The notes under the pieces were generated by a model that worked only from the letters and a program-made list of their open reading frames with translations, made no database searches and was not told the origin of the DNA. The translations under genes were made by a program, and so were the position numbers. A stretch of 64,000 bases of DNA from Nemertoderma westbladi (Eukaryota; Animalia; Xenacoelomorpha): positions 62,714 to 126,713 of the forward strand of contig JAUCBJ010006637.1 of the NCBI GenBank assembly GCA_032718475.1. Direction: 5' to 3'. Of the stretch, positions 36,094 through 46,836 are shown in pieces; the stretch's first letter is position 1, and every line of letters starts with the position of its first letter.

Positions 36094-38574
36094 GGTCCAG
36101 AAACAGTACCAAGTCCATTGATCAAGAAAACTTGCCACCTCCATGCAGCATAAAGGAGGTGCCACCTGTAGCTGCATAGACCCTCTTACTAGGGCAAATC
36201 TGGTCCTGTAACTAGGAACCCCTTCGTTCTGGGATAGTGACACCCTTGGTCCTGGATTACGGACCCATATACTTGGCTGCAGAGGTATATGGCCTGACCA
36301 GGCAGATGGTGATCTACCAATGGCTGGTCAGGAGTAGAGTGTTCTCATGTCCACTCTGAGTGCACTTCACTGCGACCTGCACCTGGCAGCAGGGGTATAG
36401 GGAATGACCCAGCAGATGAGCTGCACAGCCAATGGTGGGTCATGTGCGTCAGAGTAGATATGGCTGATGGGCCTCATATCTGACTCCATTGCAACACCCA
36501 CCCTGTGGAATGGCAAACCAGGGTGTGGTATTTGCCCCGTGAGCTGACTCGGCAAAAAAGCACCCCCCAACCCCCACTATGGATTACATTAGTAATGCGG
36601 AGGTCCGGCCACTAGAATTACCGGACACAATCGGCCTCACAGGCGTCAGTTAACTCCTGACCGTCTCACCCGCAACTGGAGAGAGAGCGGCCAACAATTC
36701 TGTGAATGCCTTTCCTGATGACCTTTCTGGCCCAAACCCTGGGACACCAGGGAGGCCAGATTGTGAGGGGGAGAGGGATTCTGGAGTTGGAGGCTACTCT
36801 CATGTTCCACCACGACCAACAAAGCCATTGGTGAAGTCACAAGTCACAAGACTAGCCTCAGTAAACACCCTAACACTCGGGTCCCCAATGCGACAAGGTG
36901 AACTGACTGCCTTGGCAGATAAGCTTTCTCTTAGCGCAGTGGGTATTCAAGAGCACCGAATGCAGACTGGACAGACTGATGAGGTTCTGATTAAGGACAT
37001 GGGGGGCGGTTGGCGACTCGCCCTCGCATCAGCAGATGATAGTGGCAATGGTAGAATTGGTCTATTGATGAATCCAACTGCACATGCAGCATTGGACAAA
37101 ATAGACCAAATCTCCAACCGCATCATCAAAACAAATAAGTTGGTGCCAGTTCCCAAGAAGGGCAACCTAACACTCTATGGTTCTTTTCGGGGAATCTCAT
37201 TGATCTCGATTGCTGCAAAGCTATACAATAGAATTCTATTAAATCGCATCAGGGATCCCATTGAGAGACTGCTCCGTGGAAATCAGAATGGGTTCCGTAA
37301 AGGTCGGGGGACCATGGAGCCCATTTTGGCACTTAGACGGATAATTGAAGAGTTATCAAAAAAGAAAGGCAGGCATCTGCTGTTATCTTTGTTGACTTCT
37401 TCAAGGCCTTTGATTCAGTCTCTCGCTCACGTATGTTCAGCATACTTTCATTATATGGGATTCCTGATGAAATTATTGCAGCAATCAGACCAGTATACGA
37501 TGGTTCGACAACATTTGTGTCTACTGTTGACGGTGACACAGAACCATTTGAAGTGTTATGGGGCGTCCTGATGGGAGACACACTTGCACCATTCTTGTTC
37601 ATAATTGTGGTTGACTATGTTCTACGCATGTCCTTCTAGATCATCATAATGATGATGGGGTGATGATAACTCCACCTACTGGCTCCAGAAGTCGAGGAAA
37701 TCCTGCCAAGTACCTAACTGATCTAGACTTTGCTGATGACTTAGGAGTACTCTCAGAATCACTAGAGGGAGCCCAACTCAACGGCTCCTCAGCTCATTAG
37801 AACAGGCTGCTTCTAGTTTTTTTTTATTAACTCCAAAAAGACAAAAATGTTGACGGTTAACTTTGAAAGTCCTCAGCAAGTCTCTCACCGGATGAGCATA
37901 AGCTCAAAGGATGGTATGCTTGAGCATGTGGACGACTTCTGTTACCTGGTATCATGGATCCGGAAGTCAGGTGAGGACTTTCGCATACATAAGGGAAAGG
38001 CAAGGGTAGCATTGAATAGGCTTTCCAGGATTTGGACACATCGAATTCATCGGAAACTTAAGGTACGATTATTTAGAGCAGCAGTAGTTCCAGTACTCCT
38101 ATATGGGAGTCAATGCTGGGCTCTAACTGCTGAGGACACCAAATCTCTGGATGGCACATTCACAAGAATGCTACGCCGGGTTCATTGTGTCAAGTACAAT
38201 GCACACATCTCCAACCAGACACTATATAACATTGGAGGTGTCTCATTGGTTCCCCCAAGCTTGACACTAGAACAAAATCGCCTCCGCTTTGCAGGACATT
38301 GCTTTCGCCGTGAGGACCAGCCAGTGCATAATCTTGTACTTTGGCAGCCTCATGGAGTGAATAAGCATGGTGGACAGCCCATGACTTTCTTGAGACGCAT
38401 CTTAAAGGACACTGGCCTTGAAGATGCGGATGATCTAGCAAATGTCATGGGCGATAGGGAGTTGTGGCGGCGAAATTTTGTCGACAAGTCGGCACAGCAT
38501 TCTTAATATATATATGATATATATATATAATGCAGCTGCAATGCAGCATGCCGATCGTAGTAATAGTAGTAGTA
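36094..38574 (+). mobile_element. RTE-type LINE with 5' region, internal deletion and frameshifts; 14-bp TSD; antisense in CHCHD3 intron 3
   Basis: APE start (LASVNTLTL, VGIQEHR), RT (RGISLISIAAKLYNRILLNRI, NQNGFRKGRGT, GDTLAPFLFIIVVDYVLR, LDFADDL), (TAG)n tail; TSD gtaaca[t/g]cctacct at 36080-36093 and 38575-38588. Confidence 0.93.
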
Positions 38575-38586
38575 GTAACAGCCTAC

Positions 38587-38699
38587 CTTAGTGGCAGTGG
38601 AATTACGTTCATCCTGGCGTCCACGCCAGTAAGCCAGAGACCCTGGGTTAGGGTAATCCATAGCGTCCGTATCCTTATCGGGGGGAAACAATGGACATT
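38587..38699 (-). CDS. CHCHD3: MIC19/CHCHD3-like exon 3
   Basis: ttttttattctag|(Q)CPLFPPDKDTDAMDYPNPGSLAYWRGRQDERNSTATK|gtaggc; phase 1 to 0 bridges exons 2 and 4 exactly. Confidence 0.75.
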
Positions 38700-39139
38700 C
38701 TAGAATAAAAAAATAACAGTTTAATAATATGTAGAGCGCATAATGTGCATAAATAATACAGCAAAGCAAAGTCGGTTGCTATGATACGGCTGAGCAAAAG
38801 GAAAACGATTTATATATAATGAAAAGTGGCGTTTAGCAGATAATTCTGTACCCGACATCATAATGCCCACAATTTTCAAAACCAACTTCTGGCAACTGCA
38901 TTTTAAATATAAAGGCTTAATTTTATTTAAAATCAGTATAAGCAAAGGTGTGCGCACTACTATACCGAGCAATAATGGTTTCGGTCTGCCAAAACACCAG
39001 TTAAAATAACATTTAGTAGATTGTTTAAATGAATGGTGGAAAAATTGTCACAATTACTAGTTCATGTATATTTCTATTAACTTAAATTAATAGAAGAGAT
39101 TAAAAGAACGACAGACATCTGGCTGTTATCTTTTTTTGA

Positions 39140-39800
39140 CTTCTGTATGGACTTCCGGGTCCAGAAGTCGCGGAAATCCATCCAAACATCTAACATATCT
39201 AGACTTTGCTGATGACTTAGGAGTACTCTCATAATATGGGAGTTCAACTTCATCAGCTCATTAGAACAGGCTACTTCTATTGTTGGTCTTTTTGTTAACT
39301 CCAAGAAGACAACAATTTTGACAGTTATGACTTATGAGCATAAGCTCTAAGGATGGTTTGCTTGAGCATGTGAACGACTTCTGCTACCAGGGATCATGGA
39401 TCCAGAGGTGAGGAGGTCTTTGAATACGTAACGGGAAGTCCTGGGCCGCATTGAATGGGGTTTCCAGGATTTGGAAGTCACACAGAATACATCGTAAACA
39501 TAAAGTACGATTATTTAGAGCAGCAGCAGTTCCACTACTCCTCTATTTGATTCCATGCTGGGCTTAACTGTTGAGGACACGAAATCTCTGTATGGCACTT
39601 ACTGCATACAAGAAAGCTATGCCGGGTTCACTGTATCAAGTATAAAGCACACATCTCCAACCAGACACTATAACACTGGAGGTGTCTCATTGGAGACTTG
39701 AACAAAGCTGTCACCGCTTAGCAGGGCAAGTCCAATCATAACTGGGTACAATCTTGTTGTTTGTGTAGCCTCATGGAGAAAATAAACAAGGTGGACATTC
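39140..39800 (+). mobile_element. Older, degraded copy of the same RTE family
   Basis: atctagactttgctgatgacttaggagtactctc, cttgagcatgtg and gtacgattatttagagcagcag match 37720-38250 with many indels. Confidence 0.85.
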
Positions 39801-40399
39801 CCGAAAATGGGGAGGTAGAGTAAAACGTCTGTCCTTATCTGATCTGACATCATCTGAACCTATAACCAATCAGGAGAAACAGATATAATATTGTATAAGG
39901 TACTGTTAATTAGGTACAGTAAATAGCCAATAGGGGATCAGGTTGCTAGGCTACGTATCAGTATCATCATATGACATACAGCAGTACAGGCATACCGGTA
40001 TGCAGCCAATGCACCAAGGCATTGGTATTATATATTAAAAATGCGATATAGGATGAAGGATGGCGGGTATTTTTGTATATCTTTCTTGTTAATATTTATC
40101 TTTATTAATAGTTGAAAGTTAATTATATTAATTATAATTAATATTATTAAATAATGATACTTATTAGTATATTACAGATTTGTTTTAAAAATTAAACATC
40201 CATACTGTATTAATATATTACTACTACTACTAGGTCGAGCGAACTCGGACATCGGATCAGAATCTCTGTACTGCCGAATATGGCGCAACACTTATGCCGC
40301 ATATTGCCCTGATTGCCAGTTGATACAGCGAAGTTTATACCCAGACGACGGGAAAATGGGAATGTAGGAAGGTGGATGGGAATGGGGAATCAATAAACG

Positions 40400-40925
40400 C
40401 TGCTGTTACCTTCCAATTGAAGGAAAGGAGCAGGTTACAGCGGCGGCATGCCGATACTAGTAGTAGTACAGCGGCGGCAATTTCTAACCAAAACAATAAA
40501 GTTGTTACCTACAAACTGAGGGAAAGGACCTGCTCCTTTCCCTCAATTTGTAGGTAACAATTTTATTGTTTACAGGGTCTAGGATTTTCTAACTAAAACA
40601 ATAATCGATGTTGTTACCAATTTAGGGAATAAAGCAGATTACAGAATCTAGCTTTTCTAACCAAACAATAAACTATGTTGTTGTTACCTACCTCATAACC
40701 AAAACAATAAACGTGTGTTGAGTAGGTTACATCTGTACATGGTTTCGCTTTTCTAACCAAAACAATATAAGTTGTTGTTACCTATGAATGGACGGAGATG
40801 GAGCAGGTTACAGGGGCGGGCTTTTCTAACCAAAACAATAAACGATTTTGTTACCTGCAAATTGAGGAAATAGAGAATGTTAGCCTACCGAGGCTGTCTT
40901 TTCCAATTCTAACCAAAACACAAAG
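40400..40925. repeat. Degenerate array of tttctaaccaaaacaataaa...gttacct...aggttacag units
   Basis: About 7 copies; the same motif occurs at 50565-50645. Confidence 0.75.
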
Positions 40926-40929
40926 CAAC

Positions 40930-42205
40930 CATCCGGCCACATTCACATCCACCCACCTTCCCGCCCACCATCTCATCTTCCCACATTCACATCCACTCAC
41001 CTTCCCACCCACCATCTCATCTTCCCACATTCACATCCACTCACCTTCCCACCCACCATCTCATCTTCCCACATTCACATTCACATCCACCCACCATCTC
41101 ATCTTCCCACATTCACATCCACTCACCTTCCCACCCACCATCTCATCTTCCCACATTCACATTCACATCCACCCACCATCTCAACTTCCCACATTCACAT
41201 CCACCCACCTTCCCGCCCACCATCTCATCTTCCCACATTCACATCCACCCACCTTCCCGCCCACCATCTCAACTTCCCACATTCACATCCACCCACCTTC
41301 CCGCCCACCATCCCATCTTCCCACATCCACCTTCCCACCCACCATCTCATCTTCCCACATTCACATCCACCCACATTCCCGCCCACCATCTCATCTTCCC
41401 ACATTCACATCCACTCACCTTCCCGCCCACCATCTCATCTTCCCACATTTACATCCACCCACCTTCCCGCCCACCATCTCATCTTCCCACATTCACATCC
41501 ACCCACCTTCCCGCCCACCACCTCAACTTCCCACATTCACATCCACCCACCTTCCCGCCCACCATCCCATCTTCCCACATTCACATTCACATCCACCCAC
41601 CATCTCATCTTCCCACATTCACATCCACCCACCTTCCCGCCCACCATCTCAACTTCCCACATTCACATCCACTCACCTTCCCACCCACCATCTCATCTTC
41701 CCACATTCACATTCACATCCACCCACCATCTCATCTTCCCACATTCACATCCACCCACCTTCCCGCCCACCATCTCATCTTCCCACATTCACATTCACAT
41801 CCACCCACCATCTCATCTTCCCACATTCACATCCACCCACCTTCCCGCCCACCATCTCATCTTCCCACATTCACATCCATCAACCCACCATCCCACTCAC
41901 CTTCCCACCCACCATCTCATCTTCCCACATTCACACACCTTCCCGCCCACCATCTCATCTTCCCACATTCCCATCCACCCACCTTCCCACCCACCATCTC
42001 ATCTTCCCACATTCACATCCACCCACCTTCTCACCCACCATCTCATCTTCCCACAGTCCCATCCACCCACCTTCCCACCCACCATCTCATCTTCCCACAT
42101 TCACATCCACCCACCTCCACCCACCATCTCATCTTCCCACAGTCCCATCCACATCCACCTTCCCACCCACCATCTCATCTTCCCACATTCCCATCCACCC
42201 ACATT
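40930..42205. repeat. C/A/T-rich low-complexity minisatellite (ccacattcacatccacccaccttcccgcccaccatctcatcttc)
   Basis: Almost G-free + strand; explains the His/Pro ORF 40798-42231. Confidence 0.93.
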
Positions 42206-42653
42206 CGTACCTTGTCCATATAACTGTATAAGTATAAACTAATAGTATAAACCACTACACTAAGGGGAACAAGTGTTAGATAACGATTAGATCAGATCAG
42301 ATAAGGACAGACGTTTTAGGGTGGCGTTTTAGTTTTATGGGTGTATTAGTTGTTATAGTGATGGAATGAAGCGGAATGCCCTAGCCATTGACTTTGGTGA
42401 ATGTCTCTAAATACTAAATTTTGAATATATCAATGTTTGAATTTCAAATTGTAGACCTACAGTCAAATTTAATACCGGTACCGACATTTGCAGTAGGAGG
42501 TTATTTGAGTTTGGATATGTAGATGATATTTCAAGTATTGCATAGCTTGTGTCGCACATCCCGATTAATTAGGCCATGTCCAGTACCAGGTCTACCTACC
42601 CCTTGACGTCTCTATCTACAATTACCTGAAACTTAAAAGTTTGCTATACTAAC

Positions 42654-43110
42654 GTTCACGGATTACTATTTTTTCCGGAGGAGCTTCCAACGTAATATCT
42701 TCCCCTTTTGTTTGGCTTTGCTTTTCATCTGCTTTAGGTTTAGCTACTTCAGGTACCGGTGATTTTGTTTCCGATATTATTTTGGGTTCCGGAATTGACG
42801 ATTCCGGTATTATTGCGGGTTCAGGAATTTTTTGTTCAGGAACTTTTGGTTCCCGAACTATTGAGGCTGGAATAGTTGGTTGTTTGGTTTCTTGTAATTT
42901 TGGTTCTGATAATTTTGGTTCTGGTATTTTTGTTTCTGGTATTTTTTGTTCAGAGTTTTCGATTACTGATGGAGGTACCGGTAATACAGTTGGCCGAGTT
43001 TGTGATGATTTTAGTTTATCCAATGAATCTTCTTTAGGTTCTTCTGTTTTGCTTTCAAGGGGTATCTGGGCCTGGGGTTTGGGTTGGCCTTCTAAATGTT
43101 TCTGGTTAAC
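42654..43110 (-). CDS. CHCHD3: MIC19/CHCHD3-like exon 2 (Pro/Glu/Lys-rich insert)
   Basis: tttcttag|VNQKHLEGQPKPQAQ...KIPETKIPEPKLSEPK...EAPPEKIVIRE c|gttagt; 457 nt open, phase 0 to 1. Confidence 0.78.
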
Positions 43111-44415
43111 CTAAGAAAACAAACGGCACCGACGATAAACAAATGAAAATTTTGATGTTATGATATTATTACTTGTTGAGAGGACGTTGGCATGGACTGT
43201 GACTGTAGTACTAAATATTTGAAAATTATACCGATAAAGACAGTAATTTATTAGCCCTACCACCCTACCCCTCTCTGCCTCTTCTCTACCACGCACTCTA
43301 TTTCGAATTTTTCCAATTGGTTATTTTGGTTAGGCTTAACTAACTGTAATGTCATGTACAGATGTAATGTAATGATATGTAATGTAATATGTATAGATGT
43401 AATGTCCCCAGTGAAATTAAATCCGTGTGATGGCAATGTCTGTCTACATTACTGACATAAGTATATCAACAACGTACAAGTATTTGATTTGGTTTTTTTC
43501 ACGTCAACAACAAATTATATGCACTAAACAGATAAAATCGCAATGTAAAGCGAAACAACGATGAGAAACAACAATGAATATTATATAACTATGCATATAA
43601 GTGTACTGTACATACCTATATGGCACGGTAACATGAGAAATGTTGCACAATTGCATTAGTTTAAAACAATGGGTCTCAACATCACAAGCATAGGTAAAAT
43701 ATAATTAATGTATTGTACAGTATAAACAAGAAGGATATCGTATGTAGTGAATATAAATGTAAATATGTACCGGTAGGCTATGTAAATATGAGTGTAAATA
43801 TAATTAATGTAACGTACTGTAAAAACAAGAAGGATAGCGATAGCGTATGTAGTGACGTGTGGATGGCCTCATGAGGTTTCACATCGTTTCCATGAGGGTC
43901 CAGACGGAGTTCTAAAGTTCCTGTCTGCCTGTATTGATGGTTTCAACTTAAGGGTTGACCATGACCATAAAAAGCTGGAAAGTTTGAAAGTGTGGTTCCC
44001 TTTCAATATAATATAAATACAGTCTTCCATGTTCTGATATTCCATGTCTGTCAGACGGTCTGACGGTAGGGTACGCAATAATATCAATGAAACGGTCGAC
44101 TTAGCCTAGCGTCACTCGGTGGCGCCGCAGAATATTACACTACTAGGCTACCTATTACAGTTAGTTTCCTGGTTTCAGAGTATCGGAATACGGTGTACGG
44201 TACTGGCAGACTGCAATAAAGTGTGAAAAAAAGAACGACAGATACTGTACCAGTGTACGGTAGGACTACAAATAACATAAATCCGGATATACCGAGCATT
44301 AACTACTGAACTAAGCCTGGAATGGAATTGTGGAAATGACTAACACAGTAACCTAACAGTCAACTAGGCCTAGAGAACTAGTTATGCCTACAGACTTCAG
44401 TACTTATTGACTTAC

Positions 44416-44517
44416 ATTGGCATCTTTGGAGAACGTCAACCATGATCTACCATCTGGAGTTATTTCATGGCTGATATTCGTGTTGATCTTGTGAGCTGTC
44501 GATTGTTGAGCACCCAT
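44416..44517 (-). CDS. CHCHD3: MIC19/CHCHD3-like exon 1 (N-myristoylation motif); full protein ~328 aa
   Basis: MGAQQSTAHKINTNISHEITPDGRSWLTFSKDAN|gtaagt; MGxxxS matches the myristoylated N-terminus of MIC19/MIC25. Confidence 0.82.
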
Positions 44518-45059
44518 CACTGATCACAGCATCACCGCTTACTAAACACTAAAACCATTCATTACGAGATTCCAGCATTCAGGCCTACATTTAACTAGGT
44601 TACTGCAACCGCTGTACCGTACCGTAATTATATAGCAGTATACAGTGTACAACAGGTATAGGGCCTATGCCAGTCAGTCAGTATGGATGCAGTTGCCGTA
44701 TGCTGGTCCTGGCTGCGTGGTCAGCTGGTATGTCGTATATCTGTATGTGTGTGTGTATTCTGGCTGTCCGGTATAGTGCCAGAGTACTGGCTGTCTGGCT
44801 GGAGTAGATCATACCTGTCTGCCTGTCAATAGCGTTCATCTGATCTGATCAGCAGGATCATATATTATTCTGAAATCATTAGCCAAGGCCATCTAAACAA
44901 CATGGCATGACAAGGACCTAGCCTGCAAAATTATCGTAGGCTGACTGCGGAATTATCAAATATTATATTTTCCACGAATGCGGAATGGAGGGTCCATATT
45001 TAAAAGAAGATAACTAGATTTTCGTAAAGAATTTAATTGAAACAGTATTTAATAATTAA

Positions 45060-45485
45060 TTATCGCTCGAGTTCCTGCAGCTTTTGTTTGTTTGTGGCTG
45101 CCTCTGGCTATGTTTGTGGCAGGAATGTTTGAACGCTAATAAGTCAGTCAATCATGGATGAAATGGAACCAAACTTGGTACACATGTAGTCTATCAAAAA
45201 TTTAGAAATTCTACACACAGACAGACTTATACAGTTCCTCTGTCTGCCGAAAGGGGGGCGAATTTACAGAAACGTAAGAATAGCAGTACTTATAGAACCA
45301 ACCATCAGATCATCTGAAATTTGGTAGTAGTACAGTAGCCTACGAACATTGCTTAATTAGAAATTCTACACAGACAACTTTTAAAGGCTCCGCTGTCTGC
45401 CGCTAGGGGGCGAATTAACAGAAACGTAAAATTAGCTGTAATTATAGAACCAACCATCAGATTAATCTCAAATTAGGTAGTACAG
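45060..45485 (+). repeat. Non-autonomous element with tandem ~155-bp internal units; related piece at 50300-50395
   Basis: aaattctacac..agac..ctgtctgccg(ct)agggggcgaatt..agaaacgtaa..tatagaaccaaccatcagat repeated; the 50.3-kb piece ends in hairpin cgtgcttagcacg (Helitron/Helentron-like, inferred). Confidence 0.55.
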
Positions 45486-45555
45486 TAGTAGTAACCTATA
45501 GGCCTACGAGATATAATCCTATATATATGATTATATATATCCTATATATAACCTA

Positions 45556-46814
45556 CAGTCCCTATCTCATTCTAGATACCGTTTCTCAAACTGGGTACCT
45601 TTTCTCTTACCTCACTCTTACTAACTCAAACCTGTCTGGTTTTCTCAAACCCAACTCAAACTCGCGTAACCACCCACTGTGCACTGTGTAGCATTCATAC
45701 AACAAGCTGTCTGTGTTTAATGGTCCACTCGCTTCTGTTATACTCTGCCTACGGGTTTGATGGTCTTCTGCTGTTATAACATTCCCTAAACTTGATTTGT
45801 TTGTGTGTAATTAACTCCAGTAGACAGTGAGAATTAAGTTGCAGACTCAGTGACTCAATTTATTTTTAAATTTCAGAATAAAAAAATTATATGCTAAATT
45901 ATTAAACTGAAGATTTATTAATTTTTTATTACATTTATTAAGTATGTATGACTCATAACATATTAACGTTATTTTACATTAAAATATAACCATATAATAT
46001 AACCAACCAATTTTATAAATTTAATTTAATGTCGCGTATATTTCGCTAATGTTTCTAATGTTTAACTTTAATGTTTAACTAATGTTTTACTAATGTTTAA
46101 TTCTCTATTACATCGTCAACACAATTATTCGCAATATATCCGGGTGTGGGCATACCGGGCAAAGGGGCCAGAGGAAACCTCTGTAATTATAGACAGGCTC
46201 ATATTTATGGGAGGGGGGTGGGTGGGGGGGGGGGGGTGTGTGTTGCGAGGTCCCATATGCACTATAATAATTCTTAATTAACAATTAGATTTTTAAACTA
46301 ATATGTCTTGTAAGGCACCAATTGACATCAAACAGACAGACAACAGAGCACAAATTTCCCACAACAATATTCCCAGAATTAAAACTATCTCTACAAACAG
46401 ACCGAGCCAGTGTGGTTTAGTTAACAACATACATTTAGTAAAGCCCACAAAGGAACTGTGTGATTGACATGTCTTTTATGAGACACACGCAAGCCGGCCT
46501 GCCCAGCTTATGTAACTCAAGAGCCCAAGCAACAGACAGAGGCCCCTTCCCCATGTGGTGCCTCACTCAAACAGAGTAATTATCCATCCCGTACAGGAAG
46601 AGTAATGCTGAGTATGGCACAGTTGGAGGTCAACCTAACTCAAAACATGGCGCCAGACTCTAGTTTGAGTTAGATTGAGCTGGCTGCATCTTTCTGATTT
46701 CTCAACTCTTACCCCAGTCTTACCTACTGAAATTCTCCGTTGACTATCATTAGTAAAAGGTTTGAGAAATGATACCCAGTTTGAGAAATAATATTCAGAA
46801 TGAGATAGGGACTG
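45556..46814. mobile_element. Non-autonomous Tc1/mariner-pogo-type element (TA TSD)
   Basis: TA|cagtccctatctcattct ... agaatgagatagggactg|TA; IR continues with tttctcaaactgggta / tacccagtttgagaaa. Confidence 0.85.
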
Positions 46815-46836
46815 TATATCAGCTGTTCGTACTTAA

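Larger units (their letters stand above)
39821..42318. mobile_element. Region bounded by a perfect 27-bp inverted repeat, with nested repeats
   Basis: taaaacgtctgtccttatctgatctga (39821-39847) versus tcagatcagataaggacagacgtttta (42292-42318); no clear TSD. Confidence 0.55.

Noticed and set aside
36094-36700. HDV-like ribozyme expected in some RTE 5' UTRs
   Set aside because: I could not identify a consistent P1/P2/P3 nested pseudoknot by eye; needs a covariance or descriptor search.
40798-42231. 477-aa His/Pro-rich ORF
   Set aside because: A nearly G-free low-complexity repeat that rarely forms stop codons; antisense within a CHCHD3 intron.
42600-42653. Micro-intron plus micro-exon after CHCHD3 exon 2 (tttcag|gtaatt)
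   Set aside because: It gives a stop or incompatible phase, whereas direct splicing 42654 to 38699 keeps the frame.
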